From Nitrospirota bacterium (lineage in GTDB: Bacteria > Nitrospirota > UBA9217), in the NCBI GenBank assembly GCA_963790205.1, contig CAWBNQ010000005.1, forward strand, positions 352,001 through 416,000: a DNA stretch of 64,000 nucleotides, in the 5' to 3' direction. Of the stretch, positions 28,201 to 38,139 are shown piece after piece (position 1 is the first letter of the stretch; every line of letters starts with the position of its first letter). Under the pieces are notes generated by a model that was not told where the DNA came from, made no database searches, and saw only the letters and a list, made by a program, of their open reading frames with translations. The position numbers and the translations under genes were made by a program.

Positions 28201-29175
28201 TTATTTGCCGCCGAACTTTACAACGTCCCCTTCTTTGAAGCCAATGCCGGAAGTGATTACTGCCAACGACATGTCGGCCCTGTCTCCGATGTCATTTTTT
28301 TGAATAAGGACCTGTCCTACTTTATCCTCTGTTGTTCCTATTTTAATGTGCGTGTCAGGATCGATGATATCTTCGCCTACCCGATACACGTCAAGCCTGT
28401 CCCCGATTTTCAGGCCGGTCTTTTCCCCGGCGTTGATATAGACCTGTTTGCCGGAGACTTTTGCGATCTTGCCTTTCCACGGCTGACTTTCCAGTTGTTT
28501 CATCATGTTGACCATGGCTTTGGTGAGGGCGTCCCGCAGCGCGCCGTCACGCAGATCGGTATCATAAGCCGCTTTGGTCCCCATGCCGAGAACCGATCCC
28601 ACCTTTTTTTCATAAATCCCTTCTCCGGAATCAGCCATCAGTTGAACGCCGGTCGAAGTATCGACAATCCGATAATCGACACCGACCCTGGCAATCTGCT
28701 TTTTGCCCTTACTGACAAGGTAATCGTATCCCTCTTCCGTCTCGGAATAAGAAGTTATCGACCCAGTCACGATCGCATTCAGGCCCAAAATCTGGCCCAT
28801 TTTTGCGGCCGTGTCGGGATTGATCGCTCCTGTCGCGCCCATGCGCTGCTGTTCGAGGATCGATTCCATGTCCTGCTGGGGAATAACGATAAACCGTCCC
28901 GTTTTTTGCAGGATCGTGCCGAGAATATCAGCCGCAGCCTCCCCGACGCCAAGCACCCTCGAAGGAGTTTTGTTCTGGAAATTCACAACACCGACCCGGA
29001 GTTTCGGCCCCTTGTAATCCGAGGTATCGCTCGCTGTTGCCAGTTCCTTTGACGTACCGGTCAGGGTAGTGTCGTCCTTCACCGCCCCCGAAGTAGTAGG
29101 TGAGCAACTGCTTACAAGCAATGCCAGCACTCCCAAACACACACACATACTCATGAACCGTTTCCACGTACTCAT
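28201..29175 (-). CDS. CsgG/HfaB-family lipoprotein with FlgT-like C-terminal domain
   Basis: Lipobox-like VSSC; RVGVVNFQN, ILEQQRMG, AAKMGQILG, VDYRIVDTSTG, VYINAG...LKIGD, IIDPDT. Confidence 0.8.
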   Translation of the reverse strand: MSTWKRFMSMCVCLGVLALLVSSCSPTTSGAVKDDTTLTGTSKELATASDTSDYKGPKLRVGVVNFQNKTPSRVLGVGEAAADILGTILQKTGRFIVIPQQDMESILEQQRMGATGAINPDTAAKMGQILGLNAIVTGSITSYSETEEGYDYLVSKGKKQIARVGVDYRIVDTSTGVQLMADSGEGIYEKKVGSVLGMGTKAAYDTDLRDGALRDALTKAMVNMMKQLESQPWKGKIAKVSGKQVYINAGEKTGLKIGDRLDVYRVGEDIIDPDTHIKIGTTEDKVGQVLIQKNDIGDRADMSLAVITSGIGFKEGDVVKFGGK

Positions 29176-29216
29176 GCTCTTATCCTCCTTGGTGGTTAGT
29201 AATTTTGTTAATACCG

Positions 29217-30584
29217 TTAATCCTTCTTCTCCGGCATCATCAACTCCTTAAAATCTTTCGCTTCCATGTATCCGGACGGGATCTCAAAGAGAGACGCCTC
29301 GGGCCGATTGAGCACGACGTGTTTAAGCTCCGTGGTCATCTTGAAGGCGTCATTCTCCGTCTCGGTTTTAATGGTCATGCCTCCGAGATCCCTGGCATTC
29401 CATATAAACCCTTCGGAGACCTTACCGTCCGTATAAATGATGCGGACCTTGAATTTGTCCGTCGGATGGCCATCGATCGTTTCGTTCCCCACTTTGGTCT
29501 TTTCGATCTTCGGCTCATCTCCTTTTTCTTTCTCTGTCTCCGGCTCGGCCATATATCTCTTTTTGTCAGGATAAAGCGTATACCTTATCTGTTTATCACC
29601 CCGGCTTATCACGACCATCCTGCTCAGTTCAGGCTGCATTCCCTGCTGGCCCTTGGCCATCCTGGACAAGTCCATGTCGGACCTGAATTTTTCTCCGGCT
29701 TTCGCGATCGATGCTTCCATGACGCTGGTATCGTTCTTGCCCTTGTTGACGGTCGTCGAAACCATGAGTGCCGAAAAATCCCTTTTCCCGAATTCCATAT
29801 GGCCGAAGGAAGGTGGCTCAGGGGCCTTGACAGCGGGCGCCCCGAACGTGGGCATCGGTGCTGCGGCAGCGGTGCCCGGCCCCCAGCCCAAATTGTCCGT
29901 CACCCGTCTTGCCAACTCCGTGGATTCGTAATCCAGATGTTTTCCGATGGCCTTCATAAAAAGCTTGGAGCCCAGTTCCACGGCGAAAGACTTGCCAACA
30001 TTGTCAGTGCCCGACATCGTGCTCCCGATCGTCACCCACGGCGCTTCCTTGTCCCGCGAGTCCGAGACCCTCGCAAGAGCACTGGCGGCGATCCCTGCGT
30101 TCCCAGACATCCTCACCTCGTCACGCACACCGAGCCCCCGCGCCCATACGGTCTGCCCCGTTTGCGTGTCGACCAGGTGGAATTTGCCGCGCACTTTCTT
30201 TACGCTTAAAATGCCCGTGGTCGTTTCATCGAAATCCATGAGGGTCCCGTACAGGACGCCCTCCACGCCAAGCGTCTCGCCAAGCTTCTGGGCAGTCGTC
30301 ATGTCCAGCTGTCCTCCGAGGTTGATCCCCATCTGATCCCGAAGGATCTGGTCCGTTTCTTTCATGTCTTTGACTACATACGATCGGCGCTCCAACGCCT
30401 CCGCCATCTTTTGCCTTACGATATTAGGACCGTCCACATCGGTGGTGTCGTTCTTCATGGGAAGAACAGCGACCCGTTTGAGCGGATTGCCCGGATCGTA
30501 GGGGAGCGGCGGGTGGGGTAGATTGCAGCCCGCAAAGAAGAAGAGCAATGCAAGCACTGCGGAATACTTGATCAACTTCACCAT
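29217..30584 (-). CDS. Lipoprotein, GNA1162/DUF799-like N-domain fused to DUF4412-like C-domain
   Basis: Lipobox FAGC; RVAVLPMKN, KLGETLGVEGVLYG; KVGNETIDGHPTDKF and SLFEIPSGY. Confidence 0.7.
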   Translation of the reverse strand: MVKLIKYSAVLALLFFFAGCNLPHPPLPYDPGNPLKRVAVLPMKNDTTDVDGPNIVRQKMAEALERRSYVVKDMKETDQILRDQMGINLGGQLDMTTAQKLGETLGVEGVLYGTLMDFDETTTGILSVKKVRGKFHLVDTQTGQTVWARGLGVRDEVRMSGNAGIAASALARVSDSRDKEAPWVTIGSTMSGTDNVGKSFAVELGSKLFMKAIGKHLDYESTELARRVTDNLGWGPGTAAAAPMPTFGAPAVKAPEPPSFGHMEFGKRDFSALMVSTTVNKGKNDTSVMEASIAKAGEKFRSDMDLSRMAKGQQGMQPELSRMVVISRGDKQIRYTLYPDKKRYMAEPETEKEKGDEPKIEKTKVGNETIDGHPTDKFKVRIIYTDGKVSEGFIWNARDLGGMTIKTETENDAFKMTTELKHVVLNRPEASLFEIPSGYMEAKDFKELMMPEKKD

Positions 30585-30789
30585 CGTGCACTCCTTGTAT
30601 TGGGCAGAATGACCTGGGCTGGGAATATTCTACGGTGCTCTATCCTGAGTTGAATAGGATACCTTACATAAATCGGGAATGGCTGTCAAGCTCTCTCATC
30701 AGAAAAAACGGAACGGAATGATCAGGCGCTTCCTCAAAGAGAATACGCTTCGACGACCCCCGGCAAAAGAGCCGGTTTCAGCCCCAGTC

Positions 30790-31085
30790 CCCTGGCGTTA
30801 ATCACAGTCCCGTTGCACTGCCGCCTTTAAAGTCCACGGTGGCCCCGGTTTGAGGGGCGGGTTGAGGCGGCGACGGCGCGGTCTTGATCGGCACTGACTT
30901 CTTCTCGGGCTGAGCAGAAGCAAGTTTGAAGGATTCGTTGAAATAATCGGGGTTTCACATTATCATAAACCACATCATAAACTACGGCGTGCTCACCATC
31001 AAGCACCCGGAAACTGGCGTCGGCGGTCCCGGAGAGCATTCCGGAAAAAACAACTATGAAAGGAAAAGAGCCGTTTTATTCTCAT
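30790..31085 (-). pseudogene. Degenerate secreted-protein remnant
   Basis: MRIKRLF, frameshift, hydrophobic stretch and ADASFRVLDGEHAVVYD; no long open frame. Confidence 0.3.
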
Positions 31086-31091
31086 GGCATT

Positions 31092-31126
31092 AAAAAAGCC
31101 CGCCCCGGACTGAAAGAGGGCGGGCA
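31092..31126 (-). terminator. Intrinsic terminator
   Basis: gcccgccc...gggcgggc hairpin followed by tttttt on the minus strand. Confidence 0.65.
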
Positions 31127-31138
31127 TGATCGGGCTTG

Positions 31139-31270
31139 TTAAAACTTCAATTGGTCCTTGAATGCGCGAATCGCGAGCAAGGCATCAGCGCACGATACGG
31201 AGTCGCCTGGCCTGAACTCACCCGTCGCTTTACCGGCCTCACGATAGCCCCTCGTCGTAGCGGTCATGGC
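31139..31270 (-). pseudogene. Orphan C-terminal fragment, SLH-like
   Basis: TTRGY...TGEFRPGDSVSCADALLAIR resembles the end of an S-layer homology repeat; no convincing 5' part. Confidence 0.4.
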
Positions 31271-31328
31271 GGCGTTGGGCGGGAAGATCGTTCTCGTCCC
31301 CTCTTGTGTCCTGATGCCTCCGGAACGA

Positions 31329-32177
31329 TCAGTCGACGAGGACGATGACCCTGCACTTTTCAAGCATGTTAAAATTCTGTGTTGCGCTCTGCAGGGCGGC
31401 GGCGTCTGCATTGGAAATCACCATGTCGATACGACCGTCGCCGGATACCCTGAGCGCCTTCACCATGAGGGGCTTGTCGGTAACCCGTGGATTGGTCTGG
31501 GCCGAGGCCGGGTCCTTCAGATACCCTACCATGCCTTCGCGTACGGCCCAATCCCTGTTGGTCCAGGCTGAGCCGTAGACTTCTTTGCCGTCTTCATTCA
31601 GGATCTTGGGCGCCATTGCCGGCCTGACACCGAGTCCGCGCGCGTCTACGATCAGGCCGGTATAGATCTGGCCCGTGGCCGCTGATGCGGCGCCAACAGG
31701 CGGTACCGGCGGCGTTGTCTGCCCCTTCGGTAAAAGAGCATCAGCCAGAGCGCCGGTGAGCTTCATTCCCACGGTGACTTCAACGGAACCATCGGACATG
31801 TATTTTTTATTCATAATCATGGCGCCCTGGATAAAGCCACTCACCTCGGTTTTGATAACGTCGCTGGTGACCATGAAGTTCTCTACGGTGGTGGTTGAAT
31901 CTACCCGCACTCCTTTTACCGCCTCAAGCAGGTTTCGATAGGCCACCGCCTGCGCCGCGCGTTCAGTCATGGCGCGCGCCTGGGCGGCGTTCGCGGACTG
32001 GGCCGGCGGAGCCCCGACGCCGACCGCGGTAATCACGTTCGTGGTCCAGTCAACCGTTCCCGTGCTGCCGACGGGATTCACTACATCAGTAACCGTGCCG
32101 GCAAGCTGCGCCTGGGCACTGGCGGCGAGCATGAGAACTGCCATAACAACTGCAACAAATCCCGCTTTCCGAAACAT
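31329..32177 (-). CDS. LPP20-like periplasmic protein
   Basis: Signal peptide; RAAQAVAYRNLLEAVKGVRVDS, YTGLIVDARGL...PAMAPKI. Confidence 0.75.
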   Translation of the reverse strand: MFRKAGFVAVVMAVLMLAASAQAQLAGTVTDVVNPVGSTGTVDWTTNVITAVGVGAPPAQSANAAQARAMTERAAQAVAYRNLLEAVKGVRVDSTTTVENFMVTSDVIKTEVSGFIQGAMIMNKKYMSDGSVEVTVGMKLTGALADALLPKGQTTPPVPPVGAASAATGQIYTGLIVDARGLGVRPAMAPKILNEDGKEVYGSAWTNRDWAVREGMVGYLKDPASAQTNPRVTDKPLMVKALRVSGDGRIDMVISNADAAALQSATQNFNMLEKCRVIVLVD

Positions 32178-32533
32178 AATGTCCCTCCGTGTGATTAAGG
32201 TTATTTATCAGGTTAAGTTTCGCTTTGATACCATTTGTCATTATTTCGACGCTCGCATCCCCTGGAAGCATGATTCCATCGAAAAATTTTTTTTGACTAT
32301 TTCATAGAAGACCTTCTAAGGCAAGGTAATATTCCATTTATGGATCGCGAGGTCGGGCGAAATACGATTGTAAAAACAGGCGGGGATAATTTGCCTGAAA
32401 ACGTATGAAACTATACCCGGGGAAGCCCCTGTTGTCAAGGAAAGCGGCATATCCGGCCAGTGGCTGCTCCGGGAAAAAATATTTTCTTTATATCCCTGTC
32501 ATGAGACCCGGATGTGTAAAGACGGGAAAGGGA

Positions 32534-33256
32534 CTAGACTGCCCGTGCAATCGTAAGGGCCGTGACCCGGGAAGCGCCGGCGTCCTTGAGCACTCTGGCA
32601 CACTCGTTCATGGTCGCGCCCGTGGTGAATACATCATCGATGAGCAGGACGTCCCGGCCCTTCAGTTCCGCCGGTTTCCTGAGCGCAAAAGCGCCCGCGA
32701 CGTTTTTTATCCGTTCTGCTCCCGACAACTCCACCTGAGGCCTCGTTGGACGGACTCTTTTGAGATTATCGAACGAGAGCGGTAGTGAAAAGGTTTTGCT
32801 TATACCATCAGCAAGAATAAGCGCCTGGTTGAACCCTCTCTGTCTGAGGCGGGACGTATGGAGCGGCACGGGAATGATGCAATTAATATCTCCGACAGGG
32901 CGGATGTTTTCCGCCATCCATGCGGCCAGCGGTTTGCCCAGCGCTCGGCAGGGCCGGTACTTGAACTGGTGGATCGCCTCGCGGAGCGGCCCCTCAAAAT
33001 AGCCGATTGACAAAGCCTGGTCGAAGACCGGAGGCGCCTGCCTGCATGCCAGGCAGTGATGGGAAGGGCTCTGTGCTAATGCCTCCGGAGATTCAAAGGG
33101 TTTTCCACAGAGGGGGCAGACCGGGTCGTCTATGAATGAAAAATCAGACCAGCAGGAAGAACAGAAAAAAGGGACAGCGGAATCGGCAACGGAAGAGTTG
33201 CAGTAGGAGCAGGAAGTGGGGAGAAAAAGATCGAGGATGCGGTGAAAGAAGCTCAT
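32534..33256 (-). CDS. comF: ComF-family amidophosphoribosyltransferase-like protein
   Basis: N-terminal CxxC pairs; PVPLH, RGFNQA, LIDDVFTTGAT. Confidence 0.92.
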   Translation of the reverse strand: MSFFHRILDLFLPTSCSYCNSSVADSAVPFFCSSCWSDFSFIDDPVCPLCGKPFESPEALAQSPSHHCLACRQAPPVFDQALSIGYFEGPLREAIHQFKYRPCRALGKPLAAWMAENIRPVGDINCIIPVPLHTSRLRQRGFNQALILADGISKTFSLPLSFDNLKRVRPTRPQVELSGAERIKNVAGAFALRKPAELKGRDVLLIDDVFTTGATMNECARVLKDAGASRVTALTIARAV

Positions 33257-33304
33257 ATTGTCTCGAAATCCCAAATAACAAATATGTTCAAAGTCGAAAT
33301 TCTA

Positions 33305-33436
33305 ACAGGCTGTCGAAAAATCCCGTCAGGTGTCATTGCGAGGGGCGTTTTTGCGGCGCGGCAATCTGTCTGATTTTTTCAAAAACCGAGGTCGTTTCGT
33401 TCGCAAAGACGGCCGACATATTTTTCAGCAACCTGT
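33305..33436. mobile_element. MITE-like 132-bp element
   Basis: Terminal inverted repeats acaggctgtcgaaaaa / tttttcagcaacctgt (13/16) enclosing a tgtcattgcgag...gcaatct REP-like motif. Confidence 0.6.
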
Positions 33437-33447
33437 CAGTGCTTGCC

Positions 33448-34986
33448 TCAAACGATGAGGCTTCTCCCCGTCATCTCTCGCGGTTTTTCTATTCCAAGAA
33501 GATCAAGCACGGTAGGCGCCACGTCGGCAAGAAGGCCGCCGTCTCTCAGTTTGACCTTCTCGCCCACGACGATGAAGGGCACGGGATCGGTGGTATGTGC
33601 TGTATGAGGCTGGCCGGTCGCGGAATCAGCCATCATTTCGAGGTTGCCGTGGTCCGCGGTGATGAGCACACGAGCCCCCCCTTCCTGTGCGGCGCGAAGC
33701 ACCCGTCCGAGGCACTCGTCCAGGACTTCCACTGCCTTGACCGCGGCCTCAAGGATGCCCGTATGGCCGACCATGTCGGGGTTGGCGTAATTGGCGAGAA
33801 TGAAACCATACTGGCGGGATACTATATGTTTGACCAGCAGATCGGTGATCTCCCGCGCGCTCATTTCCGGTTTTTTATCATAGGTAGCTACATCTCGCGG
33901 AGAAGGGACAAGCTCTCGGTCTTCGAGCGGGAACGGAGACTCTTCTCCGCCGTTGAAGAAGAACGTGACATGGGCATATTTCTCGGTTTCAGCGATGCGA
34001 AGCTGCCGTATTCCCTGTGAGCTCAAGATCTCACCGAGAATATGGGTGAGCCGTATCGGCGCAAAAGCGACCGGCAGGTCGAAGGTATCATCATAGGCCG
34101 TGAGGCAGATGAAGGACGAGAGCATGGGCACCAGGCGGCGCTTGAAGCCTTCAAAGCCCGGGTCGGTGAGTGCCCGGGTGATTTCACGGGCGCGGTCCGA
34201 GCGGAAATTGCAGAAAATGACGGCGTCGTTATCTTTGATCGTTGCGAGGGGCCGGTTGGTCTTCGGATCCAGGATGACCGTCGGCAGCACGAATTCATCG
34301 GTCCTGCGGTTTTCGTAACTCTGCCTGACCGCGTCGATGGCGGTATATTTTCTGATCCCCTCGCCCGCGACGAGGGCCTCGTACGCCTTCTGGACCCGCT
34401 CCCATCTCTTGTCCCGGTCCATGGCATAGTAGCGCCCCGAGACCGTTGCGATCCTTCCGATACCTATGGTGACAAGATAGTCTTCAAGCCTGGCGATGTA
34501 TTCAAGGGCGCTCGATGGCGGCGTGTCCCTGCCGTCCAGAAAAGCATGGAAAAAAACTCTCGTTAACCCATGGGCTTTGGCCATGTCAAACATCGCAAAA
34601 AGGTGGTCAAGCCTGCTGTGTACGCCGCCGTCCGAGAGCAGCCCCATGAGATGGAGCGCCTCTCCTGACTTTTTTACAGACTCCATGGCCGAGACCAAAA
34701 CCGGATTTTTAAAGAACTCCCCTTCCCTGATGGCTTTGCTGATGCGTGTTGAATCCTGATACACCACCCTGCCGGCCCCGAGATTCAAGTGGCCCACCTC
34801 GGAGTTCCCCATCTGGCCGTCGGGCAGACCGACCGCCTCGCCTGAAGCCCGAAGTTCCGTGTTCGGGCATTCTTTGATAAGGCTGTCGTAAACCGGCGCG
34901 TGTGCCGCGGCAATGGCATTCCCTTCTTTATTCCTGTTGATGCCCCATCCGTCCAGGACAACCAGCACTACGGGCATATTCGACAT
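33448..34986 (-). CDS. gpmI: 2,3-BPG-independent phosphoglycerate mutase
   Basis: [49 protein letters not shown]. Confidence 0.97.
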   Translation of the reverse strand: MSNMPVVLVVLDGWGINRNKEGNAIAAAHAPVYDSLIKECPNTELRASGEAVGLPDGQMGNSEVGHLNLGAGRVVYQDSTRISKAIREGEFFKNPVLVSAMESVKKSGEALHLMGLLSDGGVHSRLDHLFAMFDMAKAHGLTRVFFHAFLDGRDTPPSSALEYIARLEDYLVTIGIGRIATVSGRYYAMDRDKRWERVQKAYEALVAGEGIRKYTAIDAVRQSYENRRTDEFVLPTVILDPKTNRPLATIKDNDAVIFCNFRSDRAREITRALTDPGFEGFKRRLVPMLSSFICLTAYDDTFDLPVAFAPIRLTHILGEILSSQGIRQLRIAETEKYAHVTFFFNGGEESPFPLEDRELVPSPRDVATYDKKPEMSAREITDLLVKHIVSRQYGFILANYANPDMVGHTGILEAAVKAVEVLDECLGRVLRAAQEGGARVLITADHGNLEMMADSATGQPHTAHTTDPVPFIVVGEKVKLRDGGLLADVAPTVLDLLGIEKPREMTGRSLIV

Positions 34987-35009
34987 TCAGACTCCTCGGT
35001 GAAAAAATA

Positions 35010-35135
35010 TAAAATTTCAAATATCAAATCACACATAATATCGAAATTCCAAATCCTCATTTTCTAAACTGTTTTGAATTTCGCAATGGGAATTTGGTAT
35101 TTATTTGAGATTTGATGCTTGGGATTTATAATTTG
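35010..35135. repeat. AT-rich heptamer-periodic inverted repeat
   Basis: aaatttcaaatatcaaat...aaattccaaat opposed to gaatttggtattt...gatttgatgcttgggattt. Confidence 0.6.
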
Positions 35136-35140
35136 TCGTA

Positions 35141-36448
35141 TCAGCAGGGTTTCTCGAGATTCACCCCGAAGGTGTTCCACTTGCCGCAGTTCGGGCACCG
35201 GCCGGACCACGCGGTTGTCCTCAACTCGCAGTTCCCGCACACATAGGGTATAATGATCTGTTTTTTGAAACCGAGCGCCTTTTTAAATTCCGAAGCAGCC
35301 AGCCCCAGGGAGCCCCTGCGCAGGTAGATGTTCCCGAGCAGCTTGTGCACGTCGGGAAATTCCTTGTCTCCCCAGTCCACGGAGGAGAGAATGTCGAATG
35401 CCTCGTCGACCATCTCGAGACGGTAGAAAAGTTTGCCGAGGAAAAATTTGAGCGATATGTCCTGGGGCCTCCAGGTGACGGCTTGTTTATACAGTTCGAT
35501 GGCCTTCCCCGGCTCGCCCTGCCTGAGATAGAGGTCTTCGAGACGGTGCAGGAGCAGAAGCGACAAGGTCATCTTATAGGCTTTTTCCCAGAGCTCAGCC
35601 GCTTCTTTCACCTTGTTTTCCTCGAAATACACCTCTCCCAGCCCCAGGTACGCGGGGATAAAATCCTTGTCGAGCTTGATCACGCCGCGGAATATCTTTT
35701 TTGCCCGTTCCATGTCCCCCGCCTCGAGGAGTGAACGACCGAATTCATACTTGAACCCGACGAGTTTGCGGTGCTCGACCTCCTGCTCCGCCGGTGAGAG
35801 AGGATTTGTCAGCAATTGGCGCTGCGTTTCGTAGAGCTCCTGCCAGTGGTTGAGCCGTTGATAAAGGTCGCGCATCCTGATAAGAGCCGTCAGGTTGGAG
35901 GAATCCTTGGCGAGGATCTCCTGGTATACCTTCAGGGCGTCATCGTAGCGCTTTGCTTCTTCATAGTCGGCGGCGAGTGAAAACATGACTTCCTGATTGT
36001 TGCTGTCAAGGCTCAGGGCCTTCTGATGGAGCAGGATGGCCTCTTGAGGGTTCTTCTCGCGCAACTGACTGATGCCCATGCGCAGGAGCGTATCCACATG
36101 GTTGGGATCAATGGCGAGCACTTTCTGGAAGAAGCTGGTCGCTTCGGGATTGCGCTTTGCGAGCAGGGAGTTGAGCCCTTTGGTGTACAGTTCCTGGATG
36201 CGGGACCGCTTTTTCTGTTCACGCTGCACCCTGAGGCCGCGCAGAAGTCGTTTAACATCGCGCAACAGGTACATGATGAGGATAATCCCGGCGCCGATAG
36301 ACAGTGAAATGAGGAAAAATGCCGATTTGGAGATATCATAGGATTTGGACGGGAGAAGGGTGACCGTAATAGTTCCCGGGTTGAACTCGTGCAAAGCGAA
36401 TAGCATCAGAAGAAGCACCAGAAACATTATCGTGACGAAGAATCTCAT
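35141..36448 (-). CDS. LapB/YciM-like TPR protein with LapA-like N-terminus and C-terminal rubredoxin motif
   Basis: Two TM helices, TPR repeats, YVCGNC...WSGRCPNCGKWNT. Confidence 0.8.
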   Translation of the reverse strand: MRFFVTIMFLVLLLMLFALHEFNPGTITVTLLPSKSYDISKSAFFLISLSIGAGIILIMYLLRDVKRLLRGLRVQREQKKRSRIQELYTKGLNSLLAKRNPEATSFFQKVLAIDPNHVDTLLRMGISQLREKNPQEAILLHQKALSLDSNNQEVMFSLAADYEEAKRYDDALKVYQEILAKDSSNLTALIRMRDLYQRLNHWQELYETQRQLLTNPLSPAEQEVEHRKLVGFKYEFGRSLLEAGDMERAKKIFRGVIKLDKDFIPAYLGLGEVYFEENKVKEAAELWEKAYKMTLSLLLLHRLEDLYLRQGEPGKAIELYKQAVTWRPQDISLKFFLGKLFYRLEMVDEAFDILSSVDWGDKEFPDVHKLLGNIYLRRGSLGLAASEFKKALGFKKQIIIPYVCGNCELRTTAWSGRCPNCGKWNTFGVNLEKPC

Positions 36449-36509
36449 CCGCGGCCCTCTCTTTTAACAGTTCAAACGGTTTAAACAGCTTAAACGCTGT
36501 TTATTGAAA

Positions 36510-36980
36510 TTAATAATGATAGGTCTTCCCTTTGATGATCGTAAATGCCCGGTAGAGCTGCTCAAGGAGCACGAGCCTGGCCATTTCGTGCGTGAACGTC
36601 CAACGGGACAGGGCAACGGTCTTGTGCGAGCGGGCGATAACCTCCTCGTCGAGCCCCATGGCCCCGCCGATGATGAAAATTATTTCCCGCACACCCGACT
36701 CCAGCGTATTGTTTAATAATGCGGCAAATTCGTGGGAGGTGAACCCCTCTCCCCGCTCATCAAGACTGATCAGATAAGCCCCGGCGGGAACCGTTTTGAA
36801 GATTCTTTCCGCTTCCTTTTTCCGGATCAAGGGCGCATCCCTCAAATCCTGTATTTTCTCTTCTTTCAGCTCTTTGATTGACGCATCCGCATAGGGCCTG
36901 AGGTACCGGAGGTACTTTTCAATACCTCCCTGGATGAACCGTTCCTTTGTCTTTCCCATGCAGAGTATGGTCAGCCTCAT
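36510..36980 (-). CDS. rlmH: 23S rRNA m3Psi1915 methyltransferase
   Basis: LDERG, FIIGGAMGL, TFTHEMARLVLLEQLYRA, YH. Confidence 0.95.
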   Translation of the reverse strand: MRLTILCMGKTKERFIQGGIEKYLRYLRPYADASIKELKEEKIQDLRDAPLIRKKEAERIFKTVPAGAYLISLDERGEGFTSHEFAALLNNTLESGVREIIFIIGGAMGLDEEVIARSHKTVALSRWTFTHEMARLVLLEQLYRAFTIIKGKTYHY

Positions 36981-37354
36981 GGGAAAACGCTCTGCAGCGC
37001 CCGGGGCCGGCCGGTAAACGGCACCCTGACCGCCTCACCCCAGAGCTTATCCAGAGCATAGTGGAGCCTCGTCTGTTCGTCAAAGATGTGCACCACCACG
37101 TCCCCATAGTCCATCAGCACCCAGCTCGAATCCATCCGGCCCTCGATATGGGATGGGTGCACGCCGGTCTTGGCCAGCGTCTGGCCTATCCAGTCTGAAA
37201 TAGCGGATACCTGCGTGATATTGCTCCCGGAGCAGATCACGAAATAGTCCGTAATATAGGTGAGCCTGCGAAGGTCGAGAATCAGGATGTCGAAGGCTTT
37301 TTTATTGTCCGCAGCCTCGGCCGAGAGCAGAGCTGTTTCCAGTGCACTAAGCAT
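36977..37354 (-). CDS. rsfS: Ribosome silencing factor
   Basis: KKAFDI, TDYFVICSG, WVLMDYGDVVVHIF, YALDKLW. Confidence 0.95.
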   Translation of the reverse strand: MLSALETALLSAEAADNKKAFDILILDLRRLTYITDYFVICSGSNITQVSAISDWIGQTLAKTGVHPSHIEGRMDSSWVLMDYGDVVVHIFDEQTRLHYALDKLWGEAVRVPFTGRPRALQSVFP

Positions 37355-38006
37355 ACAATTTGTTTTCAATTATATAGTGTTCCACCGTTTCAGGCAAGTG
37401 GTATTTGATGGTCCGTGCCTGCCGTATGCGCGTACGAATGTCGGTGGACGATATGTCGTAGAGGGAGATCCGCTCGAGATAGACCTTGCGGTCATCGGAC
37501 TGCATCACGACCTGCGCCGTCTCCTGCCGGTCCAAGGCCGCAAGGTCCCGGGCCGACTCCTTCATGAAGACGATCCTGGCGAGGTCGGCAAAGGAATACC
37601 CAGGCCTCGACAAAACAACAAAAAAGCAGAGCGTGAGCAGCCGTTTCCAGTCCTTCCAGGACTGGATGTCCAGGAACGAATCGAGCCCGGTGATGAAATA
37701 CAGTTCCACACCCGGATGCTGCGGAAGGAGGGCCTCGATGGTGTCGATGGTGTAGGACTTCCCTCCTCGTTTTACCTCGATGTCGGAAACCTTGAAATGG
37801 TTGTTACCGCTAATGGCGAGACGGACCATCTCCATCCGCTGTACGGCAGAGGGCATGTCTTCTTCCTGTTTATGCGGAGGGAGAAAGGATGGAATGAACA
37901 GGACCCGGTCCAGTTTCAACCGGTCACGCACCTCTTCGGCAGCGGCCAGGTGGCCGTAATGGATGGGATTGAACGTTCCGCCGATGATTCCGAGTCGTTG
38001 TGGCAA
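37347..38006 (-). CDS. nadD: Nicotinate-nucleotide adenylyltransferase
   Basis: GGTFNPIHYGH, PPHK, SYTIDT, ISSTDIR; TTG start with GGAGG RBS at 38011-38015. Confidence 0.95.
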   Translation of the reverse strand: MPQRLGIIGGTFNPIHYGHLAAAEEVRDRLKLDRVLFIPSFLPPHKQEEDMPSAVQRMEMVRLAISGNNHFKVSDIEVKRGGKSYTIDTIEALLPQHPGVELYFITGLDSFLDIQSWKDWKRLLTLCFFVVLSRPGYSFADLARIVFMKESARDLAALDRQETAQVVMQSDDRKVYLERISLYDISSTDIRTRIRQARTIKYHLPETVEHYIIENKLYA

Positions 38007-38067
38007 GCTACCTCCGATAGTATTCCGGCCGACGGACCGAGGGAAAATCACCGACTGAAATGTTTTT

Positions 38068-38138
38068 ATTCCGCATTCCGCCTGTGCCCAGCATTTACGA
38101 GCGCTTTGCGCGAGTGCAGGGTAAATTCCGAAATCCGC
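38068..38138. repeat. attccgc heptamer run with nested 43-bp insert
   Basis: attccgcattcc[gcctgtgcccagc...cgagtgcagggt]aaattccgaaatccgc. Confidence 0.6.
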
Positions 38139-38139
38139 G

